A stretch of 64,000 bases of DNA, from NCBI RefSeq assembly GCF_006345805.1, contig NC_042997.1, positions 8,432,001 to 8,496,000 of the forward strand. The letters run 5' to 3'. Of the stretch, positions 25,854 to 39,619 are shown piece after piece. Made by a program: the position numbers and the translations under genes. The notes beneath the pieces are model-generated. The model saw only the letters and a list, made by a program, of their open reading frames with translations, searched no databases and was not told where the DNA came from. Within the stretch, counting starts at the first letter, position 1. Each line of letters opens with the position of its first letter. Source of the DNA: Octopus sinensis. Its lineage: Eukaryota.

Positions 25854-26150
25854 TTTTAACCATATAGTTAACTATAACAACTTCCAAGGATTTAATTTGA
25901 ACGGACTTGTTACTTCAAGGAAATATTGCAAAGCTGTCTTAGACATAAAAGAGCTAATAACATCTCCTGATATTCAATATCAACCTCTATGACAAAAGAA
26001 GGAAGCAAAATAAGGAGGAATGGTAGAACTGAAGCATACAACGTTACAGACAAATAGAAGAATTGAACCAACACCTGACTAACGTTCGCTTCTGTCAAAA
26101 AATCCAACGATAACAACAATTACTTCACAGCAGAAGCTTCAACAAGAGAG
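25854..26150 (+). repeat. About 300-bp element, inverted partner of 27738-28033
   Basis: Near-identical antisense ORFs 25910-26119(-) and 27772-27960(+) confirm the inverted homology. Confidence 0.85.
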
Positions 26151-26216
26151 TTAGAGAATGAATAATGTTCGTACAAAGTGAATACGAACATTACTATTAT
26201 CATTAATATTATTATT

Positions 26217-26701
26217 GAGTGAGAGAGCAGTGCATGTCATCAAAGTGACACTGGGTTAAATTATACGAAGCCCAGTATACCCATCATGACTACCCATCTG
26301 ATAAGGGTACACTAGGCACTTGCTTCACAACCATATGTGCGTGACATGGTGATCTCATATCAAGATAAACAGCACATGACCTTGCAGGGGAGGCCGTGTT
26401 AGAATTTTCTTATGGTCGAGTAACTCATCCTGCTCAAAAGGTCCCTGAATAAGGGTTGTTTAAGGATGTTGAATGAAACACCCATGTTTCCAGAAGTGAA
26501 TTATTCAAACCCCAAAGATTCCCTCTCAACACATGGCTATGATGCTCCCCTATTACTTCTGCTTGTGATCAGAGATGCACATATCGTCAGCCACTAAGGG
26601 ACATGCTCAACTGGTTAGGTCGAATAACTGACAAGCAAATCTGTAGTATTGAGTAGAATATTTGCTGTAGCCCATCTTTTATACCAAGATAAAACAATGT
26701 A

Positions 26702-26703
<2 letters not shown>
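26217..26703 (-). mobile_element. TAA-associated non-autonomous retroposon, 5'-truncated
   Basis: Flanked by (tta)n on both sides; homologous to 53578-54131. Confidence 0.85.
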
Positions 26704-26740
<37 letters not shown>

Positions 26741-26754
26741 TATTATTATTATCA

Positions 26755-26788
<34 letters not shown>

Positions 26789-26820
26789 CATTATTAGTAT
26801 TATTATCATTATTATTATTA

Positions 26821-26886
<66 letters not shown>

Positions 26887-26905
26887 TACTATTATTATTA
26901 TCATT
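26704..26905. repeat. (TTA)n microsatellite
   Basis: Read directly from the sequence. Confidence 0.95.
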
Positions 26906-27737
26906 ATAAGTTATAACATGCCATTTTCGTAATTATAATGTTATCATAAGGTCCCAAAAATCATTCTTAGGATCCTTGAAGAAAATAGGTGAACCCTTTT
27001 CTGCACGTCAACAGAAAATGCCTGATTCAATTCCAATACCCTTCATTTTGATGGGTAGGACTTTCAGTGTTGTGCTAAGTGCAGCAATTACCACATTGTT
27101 GTTTTTTGTTGTTGCTGCTGTCGTTGTTTTTATTGTTGGTTGTATTATCATCATTCTCATCATCATCATCATCATCATCATTGAAAGAACTATCAGATAT
27201 TAAAAGGGATCAGCAGAACTCTGAATGTGTCAAACGAATTGCTTTGCCGTATTTCATCCAGTTCTTTAACGTTCAGAGTTCAAGTCCCGCTGATGTCATT
27301 TTTGTCTTTCATACTTTTGGCATCTGATGAAAGTAAGTATCAATCAAGAGCTAGGAAGTGATTTTTATCGACAAAATCCATCACCAAATTCCAGGCCTTG
27401 TAACTTATGCTAGTAAATTTATGATTCTGTCAGATAAAAAAAGTTGTACATCCAAATAATCTAAAACTTAGAATAATTATCATTTATCGATAAAAATTAA
27501 TAACTTAATTACTGACATTTCTTGTGTAATTACATCATGGAAGAGTCACCATAGCCATTTCAGCATACAAAAATCTGTTATGTTCACTTTTCTTTTATTT
27601 CTTTTGTGTTAATTTTTTGTTGTACATCTGTGACCTGTTCAGTGACACAATTCCTCCACAACTGTTGAATATTTCTTATTGGTGAGTTATTATAGGCTAC
27701 AGGGATTACTCTCTCTCTCTCTCTCTCTCTCTCCTCT

Positions 27738-28033
27738 CTCTCTTGTTGAGTCTTCTGCTATGTAGTCATCGTTGTTATCATTCGAACTTTTGACAGAAGT
27801 GAACGTTAGTCAAGTTTTGGTTCAATTCTTCTATTTGTCTGTAACGTTGTATGCTTCAGTTCTACCATTCCTCCTTACCTTGCTTCCTTCTTTTGTCATA
27901 GAGGTTGATATTGAATATCAGGAGATGTTATTAGCTCATTTATGTCTAAGACAGCTTTGAAATATTTCCTTGAAGTAACAAGCCTGTTCAAATTAAATCC
28001 TTCGAATTTGGTATTGTTAACCATATGGTAAAA
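27738..28033 (-). repeat. About 300-bp element with (GA)n tail, inverted partner of 25854-26150
   Basis: See partner. Abuts a (CT)n tract at its inner end. Confidence 0.85.
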
Positions 28034-28089
28034 TAAAAAAAGACCCTAATTCTGATAATACATAAAATCATGCATATGTGATTAGTATG

Positions 28090-28465
28090 GGTGAGGTACA
28101 ACCTTTTTCGTTACTACCCACAAGGGGCTAAACACAGAGGGGACGAACGAGGACAGACACACGGATTAAGTCGATTATATCGACCCCAGTGCGTAACTGG
28201 TACTTATTTAATCGACCCCGAAAGGATGAAAGGCAAAGTCGACTTCGGCAGAATTTGAACTCAGAACGTAACGGCAGACGAAATACCTATTTCTTTACTA
28301 CCCACAAGGGGCTAAACACAGAGAGGACGAACAAGGACAGACAGACGGATTAAGTCGATTGAAAGGCAAAGTCGACCTCGGCGGAATTCGAACTCAGAAG
28401 GTAACGGCAGACGAAATACCGCTAAGCATTTCGCCAGGCGTGCTAACGTTTCTGCCAGCTCGCCG
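28090..28465 (-). mobile_element. tRNA-like-head SINE (family D), dimeric
   Basis: Reverse complement of the 44856-45622 unit, with the same head-to-tail junction and an internal deletion. Confidence 0.85.
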
Positions 28466-29284
28466 CTTTATGGTTGATGTACAACCGAGGGTGTCGCACG
28501 GGTGTCTGCATTCACTCGCGACAAAACTTAGGTTAGGTTCCCTGTTGAAGCAGAGAAACATTATTGTATTTATAATAGTAAAGTGCATGTTGTTCCTTAC
28601 GGGAAGTGGTATATGATGATGGGAACGTGGAATGTAGGGAAGACAGCAGGAAGATTCGAGGTATACACACACACACATACACACATACACATACACATAA
28701 ACATACACATATACACGAATGTGTCTCGAATCTAATCATTGCGCGTGTATCTCTTTCTGTTGCAAATTGATGCTTATAAAGTCGCACATCGTATATTTTA
28801 AAATATCAAAGCAGCAATCTGCTATGATTTTAGCATTTTCGTTTTATCTCTAATTTTCATTTTATATCTAATTTTCTAAATGATTATTATATTTTGTATT
28901 CACCGTAACAACAGAGAATACAAAAAAATAATAATAAATAAATATAGAAATATATATATATATGCAAACAGAAAATATGTTTCTATGGGAAATACCGTGT
29001 TATTAAAATTATTGAATAAAGTATGCATGCGATTAAAATGTATGCAAAATATATTTAAAGTGTATGTTTATTTAAAAGCAACAATTATAAAAAATATATA
29101 TATAAGTTCTTAAGTGGGAATTATCCAGTAGAAAATTGTGTATAAATTTACGTGTGTGTGTGTGTGTGTATGTGTAGGGAAAGTTATATATATTAGAATT
29201 ATTGAACTAAATACACCGAATTACATATGGATGCGATTAAACTGTAAATAAAATATAATATATTAGCAATGCAAATTGATGAAA

Positions 29285-29286
29285 AG

Positions 29287-29377
<91 letters not shown>

Positions 29378-29378
29378 G

Positions 29379-29413
<35 letters not shown>

Positions 29414-29414
29414 G

Positions 29415-29473
<59 letters not shown>

Positions 29474-29510
29474 GATAGGCAGGCGGGCAGGCAGGCAGGC
29501 AGACAGACAA
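29285..29510. repeat. Compound (GATA)n/(GACA)n/(GACG)n/(GGCA)n microsatellite
   Basis: Read directly from the sequence. Confidence 0.95.
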
Positions 29511-30054
29511 ATATCTGTATGTCTTTTATATTCATGCTATTAAATTCGAAGAGAGCTAACAAAAATAATCGAACAGAATATAACAAAGTCAAATAGATTT
29601 CTGTATTTTATTATAAAAAGGATCGTATTTGACCCAGCAGCTACTTATGAGCGTGCTTACAAGAAGGCAAATGTTCACATCTTAAGTTCAATACTGTTTG
29701 AACATATGTTAACTAGAACATTTCCTAAGTGTGAGATAATGGGCTTATTTCTTTGATGGCAGAACATCAGTAAAACCTAAAACAGACATCAGGTTTGGAT
29801 TTAGCACATAAATCAATCTACCTAACAAAAGCACAAAGCCATTTCAAAAAGGAGCATTTTAAATTTGTAGAGTTATACTCGGAAACACTGTAAATTCCGT
29901 ATCTGTTTAAAAACGAATTTAGCTTCTTTATATAATTCTAACGAGATTTGCATTTTGAATCATAAGACAAAACTTTTTACGAAGTAATCAGAGTGAATTA
30001 TAACAGGTATATATTTAAAACCTTTAATCTCAAATTTTATTTAATTTGCCTTTT

Positions 30055-30396
30055 GCGGGAAGGAATGTTTCACTGAAGTCGTGTCTCGCCTTCACCTTCG
30101 GAACGCGGAGTAGATGAAACAATGGCGACTGAAGAAGGAGAATTTTCCTTGTGTTATATGTCCTGTACTCTATTTTTTCGTTGTTTAAGAAAAATGTCCT
30201 GATCCTTGATTTTGTGTTTATGTTTTCGTTTCTCATTGTGTTCGACGTTTTTTTGATGTCTTCTACCCATATATGCATGTATATATACATGTAGATGTAG
30301 GTACGTACATATATGTATGTATATATGCATATGTTTTATTTATTAATTTGTTATTACACGACAGAACGCACGCATCCATTTTTAAGTTTGTTCTTA

Positions 30397-30397
<1 letters not shown>
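30055..30397 (+). mobile_element. Penelope-like terminal-repeat family member
   Basis: Homologous to 47630-47978 (gtctcgccttcaccttcg...atggcgactgaagaagg...cgcacgcatcc). Confidence 0.6.
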
Positions 30398-30427
<30 letters not shown>

Positions 30428-30544
30428 GAGAGAGAGAGAAAGAGAGAGAGAATGAGATAGATAGAAATAGATATAGATATATACATACATACATACATAC
30501 ACACACACATATATATATATATACATACCTACACACACACACAC

Positions 30545-30602
<58 letters not shown>

Positions 30603-30716
30603 ATACAGAGAGAGAGAGAGAAAGAGAGAGAGAATGAGATAGATAGAAATAGATATAGATATATACATACATACATACATACATACACACACACATATAT
30701 ATATATATATACATAC

Positions 30717-30784
<68 letters not shown>

Positions 30785-31129
30785 AGATAGGGGTTGTAAA
30801 TTCAACCCTCCATGGGATAACATATATCCAATATACTGCTAGAGAAGTACCCAACAAAGCTAATACATAAATGTTAAAAATTGCGATGCAATTAATTCAT
30901 TTACTGTATTAGGTGGGCAAAGGTAAAATTATTTTTACCGTAAATTAATAATACAAAATGAGAAAATGGAGAAATATATCTAAATCAGTCATCAACTATC
31001 AGATAATACCGAATCATATACTTTATTAAAACACTACACAATAGCAATGAGATTAGACATTAATACAGTACCATAATTACAATCAATATGGTGAGATATA
31101 ACTAAATAAATATAACAAGATATAAAAAT

Positions 31130-31270
31130 ACATTTACATTATAACTGACAGCTGTTTCGGCCATGAAGATAGGTATGTCTCATTTAACCTATTAGCCATA
31201 TAATGCAGGTATAAATGAAACATTAACAAGAATATCTTACGGCCTCTTCGGAGAATCTAATGCAAGTATG
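31130..31270 (-). ncRNA. Hammerhead-ribozyme-like motif (type I, variant core), left arm
   Basis: Reverse-complement copy of the motif at 31805-31940. Confidence 0.55.
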
Positions 31271-31804
31271 AGTACAAACCCTAAAATAATTTACATATAA
31301 ATATAAATATGAGTGCATACATACTCATATTCTAACATATATATACATATACACAATAATACAATATAAGCAATATAAATCAACATATATTAACAAACAC
31401 AATAATGTTCCATATTGAACGCCACAGCTCCTCAACCAACATCAAGAAACCACAACAGACACACTCACACTCAATGCAGGCATATATATTAAACAGTTCA
31501 ATATATTAAAATGCGTCACTTCACAAAAAGCCAATAAAGTTAATACCACCACCAAGGCAAGTGGATATCTGAACTGTTTAATATATATGCCTGCATTGAG
31601 TGTGAGTGTGTCTGTTGTGGTTTCTTGATGTTGGTTGAGGAGCTGTGGCGTTCAATATGGAACATTATTGTGTTTGTTGATGTATATTGATTTATATTGC
31701 TTATATTGTATTATTGTGTATATGTATATATATGTTAGAATATGAGTATGTATGCACTCATATTTATATTTATATGTAAATTATTTTAGGGTTTGTACTC
31801 ATAC

Positions 31805-31940
31805 TTGCATTAGATTCTCCGAAGAGGCCGTAAGATATTCTTGTTAATGTCTCATTTATACCTGCATTATATGGCTAATAGGTTAAATGAGACATACCTT
31901 ATCTTCATGGCCGAAACAGCTGTCAGTTATAATGTAAATG
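31805..31940 (+). ncRNA. Hammerhead-ribozyme-like motif (type I, CCGAAGA core, extended stem II)
   Basis: CCGAAGA 31819-31825, stem II GGCC/GGCC enclosing an 11-bp helix tgtctcattta/taaatgagaca, GAAAC 31913-31917, palindromic stem III ACAGCTGT, GUC site at 31922-31924. Confidence 0.6.
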
Positions 31941-32143
31941 TATTTTTATATATTGTTATATTTATTTAGTTATATCTCACCATATTGATTGTAATTATTG
32001 TACTGTATTAACGTCTAATCTCATTGCTATTGTGTAGTGTTTTAATAAAGTATATGATTCGGTATTATCTGATAGTTGATGATTGATTTAGATATATTTC
32101 ACCATTTTCTCATTTTGTATATATATATATATATATATATATG

Positions 32144-32348
32144 GTTAATCCAAACATGAAAGCACAAAGAGAAAACACAACAACGCGAGGACGTGGAACA
32201 AGAATAGTGTTATTGGACGCTCAGGAAAGGAAAGAAAGAAGGAGGATTTAACGTTTCGAGCGGAGTTCTTCGTCAGAAACATAGAAAAAGGAAAGGTCCA
32301 AGGAAGGGAAGACGGAGAAAGAAAATCGCCAACGATACACACGCGGTC
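32144..32348 (-). mobile_element. 205-bp HHR-bearing repeat unit (copy 1)
   Basis: Same boundaries as 45924-46129. HHR at about 32247-32279 with one stem II mismatch. Confidence 0.8.
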
Positions 32349-32422
32349 GTAACTATTAATCTAGAATCCAAGGAAAACTTTTGTTAAACATAATATTTAT
32401 AAAACGTGATATATATGTATAC

Positions 32423-32789
32423 TTTTACCTCTGCCTTAGCGAAGTCGGAGGTATTGTTTTCAGTCGTGTTTCTTTGTTTGTCCGTGGACAAGATATCTCA
32501 AGAACCGCTGGATGGATTCGGATGAAACTGTCAGAGATGTTTGGCTTCGTGACTGGTACGAATAGATTAGATTTGGGGATCGATCCGGTACGGGACAAGG
32601 ATTCTAGATTATTTTACCTGTTATTTTACTTAATTTTTGAGAGCTGTCGGGTTCATGTTTAGTATTCTCGTTTGTGAGAGCAGTCGAGTTTATTTCAGAT
32701 ATTCTCATTTAAAAAATCATCTCTGGTTGATTAAGAGGACGTTGGTGTTGCCTTGGCGGAGGGTTACGATCTCTGAGTACTCTTGTTAT
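32423..32789 (+). mobile_element. Helentron/DINE-type non-autonomous element
   Basis: 5' ttttacctctgccttagcgaagtcggaggt self-palindrome, tttgtttgtcc microsatellite, sub-terminal inverted ccttggcggagggt, 3' gagtactc palindrome. Confidence 0.55.
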
Positions 32790-34182
32790 GTATGTGTAGC
32801 GGCACAAGCAGCCAGCGCCATAATGGATGAGATCTCGCGGTAGCCATTGCCATCTCCGAGACTGGAACGAGACCTCACCTGCATCCATTTGCCATGCGCG
32901 AGATCACAACGAGGCACGCGATGGAAACTATATAAACGGAAAACCGATTCAAACCTGCCTCTTTTTGGCGCTCACCATACAGCAGCGCTTGCTGAACACA
33001 CCACTGGCTGGAGGAAAATTGCACCCGCACTATCGGAGCTTAAGATGGTAGCTGAGAGCAGCACACTTCACCTTTCCTGTAAATAAACCAATTGTAAATA
33101 GCATTTGCACTTGAAGTCTTTTCTCTTCGCCTGCCGGAGGCCTGAACTGCATAAAAAACAAGAAAAAGTGATGGAAGGAGACGATATTCCTCCGATATCG
33201 AAAACCTTGCCTTCCATTATTAAATATGTATTTTATATCTCTGATCTTCCTAACTATCCAGACCAGTAATACATGAGTTCTCTTCAATTTTTTTTTCTTG
33301 TGAGATACAAGAAAGCGTATAAGGTTCTGAATACTAGTTATACATGATGCAATATAAATTTGTAGCAGAATGGATTGACAAAAGCATAAATAAACAACTA
33401 TTTTCTCTCCCTTTCATTTATAGATTTTGTTTGGACGTAGCAGAGCACACTTAGCTATAAAAGATCATGTTTTAACCATTTGCTCTCATTTGTTAGTTTT
33501 TAGGCACAATTTGCCCCCTAAACAATTACGCCAAATTACCAGATCAACCAATCAGATATGCTCAAATGGATCACGTGTTCTCTTGACGGAAAAACATTTC
33601 ACATCTTTGTGGAGCCCAGAAATTTGCCACCAGGAAGCAATTGCTCACTTTCTCCGCGTTACGACACAATGAGATTCATCACCGCCGACACTGCAGATAT
33701 CGCTGCTATTAGTTCTTACTGCATCTAACGCCGACAACGATAACATTATAATTCATCCTTGCGCATATAAACTCACTAAGTGAATATGACTTTTAGCGTT
33801 CCTACAGAAACCTTCATTTACCTTATACTATGTTTAATGTCGTTTCACATTCATGTTGAATTATGCAGCAATCTTATGTTCTCTTCATGGAACACTTGTA
33901 ATGTATGTATTACCAGTTCTTTTGGTATAGCAGATTTTTGATGTTCTTGTTTATGTCTCCTCACAGACATGTATATTCTAACAAGTCGCTTCTTAAATTT
34001 CGCACCTCCCTTGTTCAATAAACACTGAGTTAAACTTGCAAAGCTGTTTATTTTCTCCTTTTGATTTTTAATGTTTATCTTAGCGGGTTATCAAACTATC
34101 AGTTTGGTCTCCCTGCTAAAAATTCAGATATTTAAATCACACATATTTACACATATATGTATATAAACAGACAGAGAGAAAG

Positions 34183-36815
<2,633 letters not shown>

Positions 36816-36836
36816 TAGACAGACAGACAGACAGAC

Positions 36837-36898
<62 letters not shown>

Positions 36899-36899
36899 C

Positions 36900-36962
<63 letters not shown>
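36816..36962. repeat. (GACA)n(GATA)n microsatellite at the 5' junction of the Tx1 element
   Basis: Read directly from the sequence. Confidence 0.95.
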
Positions 36963-36963
<1 letters not shown>

Positions 36964-37264
36964 CTGGAATCCTCATACAAAAAGTACATCAAGTTATCGG
37001 ATTTAGCGCCAACGAAAGTTGTAAAGTATGACTAATAATTTTGAGATACGATTTACAATGTCGTACTTACAGAAACTGGAATAAATTTAAAGAATTTAAA
37101 AGTTAAACTTCCTCGGCCAATCTCGGCGTTTTAGTAACGATCAATGCAGTTTATTTGAAAAACAGTAATTACAATACATAAACACATACATATCTTTCTC
37201 CCTTTCCCTTGCTCTCTCTCTTTCTCCCCCCCTCTCTCTCTCTCTCTCTCTCTCGTTAGCCACT

Positions 37265-37420
37265 ACACACATTTTTTTCTCTCCTTGTTTCTCTTCTTGT
37301 TTTTTGTGTCCCTTTCTGTAGAAGGGCGTAGGCTCGAAACTTAAAAGAAATTTTCAATTCCTGAGCGTTATACTAATACATCTGTTTGTTTTCTACAACA
37401 CCTGTCTTCGTCTTTTTTTT
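37265..37420 (+). mobile_element. Penelope-like terminal repeat with a degenerate HHR
   Basis: cttt CTGTAGA A GGGC gtag GCTC GAAAC TT aaaag at 37312-37347. Shares ttcctgagcgt...ctaatac with the 205-bp unit. Confidence 0.55.
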
Positions 37421-37445
37421 TCGTGAACTCTCCCCATATATATGC

Positions 37446-37494
<49 letters not shown>

Positions 37495-37587
37495 GTGTGT
37501 GTGTGTGTATAGCACACAGATTAGCACATAAGTGCAAAATAAGGTGGACGATAGAGTACTCGAATACCAAAGGTGGAGTAATATACA

Positions 37588-37738
37588 TTTTATTAAAGCT
37601 GCAGAATTATCACAGAACTGTTACTCATAGTTTCACGTTCCCGTTCGTCGAACAGTTGTACTCATCACAACTGTCCGACGAACGGGAACTAGAAACTCTG
37701 AGTAACAGTTCTGTAATAATTTTTCTGTTTTAATAAAA
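37588..37738. repeat. Short fold-back: 72-bp inverted arms (37588-37659 / 37667-37738), 7-nt loop, each arm carrying an HHR-like motif
   Basis: Right arm: aactgt CCGACGA acgggaacta GAAAC tctga GTA acagtt. Left arm (minus): aactgt TCGACGA ACG ggaa CGT GAAAC tatga GTA acagtt. Confidence 0.85.
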
Positions 37739-37770
37739 GGTGTGTATATACATACATATATACATACATA

Positions 37771-37868
<98 letters not shown>

Positions 37869-38179
37869 TAAACGGTAAAATGTCTCTGTGTCCTTTATAC
37901 AAATCCAGTTTTTCGCCTAAAAGGCCCGCTATTTTCTAAGGGCTTTCAAAACTCTCTGAGTATGGACGTGAAGATCTTTTCATTTCTCCAGTCATCCCAG
38001 GAAGCCATTAAAATAATCGACCCCTTATGCCCATAAGGTATGGGCATATCCATTCCAAATCGCTAAAACATAGAAATTTGTACGCGGTGCGTGCGTACAG
38101 TTAGATACGCCAACAGACAGCCAGCTGTTTTTTGATTGGACGGAGATAATTTTACCCTTGACAGTTGAATGCGTGTGCG

Positions 38180-39438
38180 CATTTACAGAGAGTCTGTATG
38201 ACTCAGCGCATTTTTGTGTTTTGCGAAGACGCATTATCATGTGGTTTGGTTTTCAAATGTGCACGCTTTTTTGATTTGAGAAATGCGACACTGATTGCGC
38301 AGAACTGGGTTGGGTGTGAAACCAAAACTCAACAACTATGTGTATTTTCAGAATCTTTCTGACTTTATAGTGTAAGCATGGCTGCTCCACTAGCATTGTG
38401 CGCCAAAGAAGAACAAAGTGCAGTGAGCTGATTTGTCTGGTCGGAAGGTGTGTCAGGTGCTGAAATTCATCGGAAGGTTTTAGTACAATACGGAGACAAC
38501 CGTCAACCTCCACCACTGACGAGTAGATTCAGCAAACTCGAGAGATGGTAATGGTGATCCGTCGAGTTATCATCCATGAAGTAGATCATTCTCTGCAGAT
38601 TGATCATGGTTCTGCCTATCAAATCATCCATGATGAGCTCGGTTTCCATAAAGTCTGTGCAAGATAGGTGCCAAGAGAGCTTACTGCAGAGCACAAGCTC
38701 AAACGTCTTGAGGTCTGCCAATGCTTACTCGATCGCTGCAACAATGGGAGTGAGGAATTGTTGAGCAGAATATTAACAGGAGATGAAATGTGGATGCCTC
38801 ATTATGAGGCAGAATTCGAAAGACAGAGTATGGAATGGAAACATCCTAGCTCACCAGTGATGAAGAAATTCAAGACTCAGTCTTCCGCGGGAAAGGTAAT
38901 GCTAACCCATTTTTGGGACTCACAAGGGCTTATACTGGAAGACTACCTGAAAAAGGGGTGTATGATCAACAGTGCAATATACAGTGCTTTGCTGGCCAAC
39001 AAACGGAAGCTAGAAATTCACACCAAACACCAAAGCCTATTGTCGAAGAAAGTTTTGTTGCTGCATGACAATGCACATCCACACACGGCTGCCCAGAGCA
39101 TTGAACCCATTAATCAATTGGGTTTTGAGGTGCTGGAGCACCCTGCCTACAGCCAGGTCTCGCCCCTTCCGAGTATCATATCTTTGGACCGTTCAAAGAT
39201 GGTCTCTGAAGTCGTCTATTTCCTACAGATGAAGATGTGAAGGAAGCGATGCATAAATGGTTGCAGGATCAACCGAAAACTTTCTTCTTTATGGGAAAAC
39301 GCAAACTTGTGGACCGCTGGACCAAATGCATCAAAAAGGAAGGAGGCTGTACAAAAAATGACATACTTGTTTATACATTGATTTTGTGTAATACACTGAT
39401 AAAACAAGAATGCGTATAATTTTTGACTCTCCCTCGTA
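38180..39438 (+). mobile_element. Mariner (DD34D, irritans/Hsmar2-like) transposon, pseudogenised
   Basis: MAAPLALCAKEEQ start at 38378; WVPRELT, ILTGDE, SAGKVM, LLHDNA, HPAYS motifs, with stops and frameshifts. Right TIR ...ataatttttgactctccctcg|TA at 39436. The left TIR is degenerate and its position uncertain. Confidence 0.92.
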
Positions 39439-39619
39439 GATATATATTCATGCATACACACGCACACATATATATACACAATTACACACACACACACACA
39501 CATATATACACACGCACACACACACATGCACACACATATTCTCTTGTTTTGAAGAGTCAGAAATAATCGAATTGCAGCTTCTTCTTACAGTTAAGGAAAC
39601 CACTATTCATAAAAGACCA

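Larger units (their letters stand above)
30951..32120. repeat. Long fold-back: 550-bp inverted arms (30951-31500 / 31570-32120), 69-bp spacer
   Basis: The arms are reverse complements with roughly a dozen differences by eye. Confidence 0.95.

Noticed and set aside
32827-33086. Overlapping 74-79 aa ORFs in the CpG patch
   Set aside because: No recognisable domain; expected by chance in locally GC-rich DNA.
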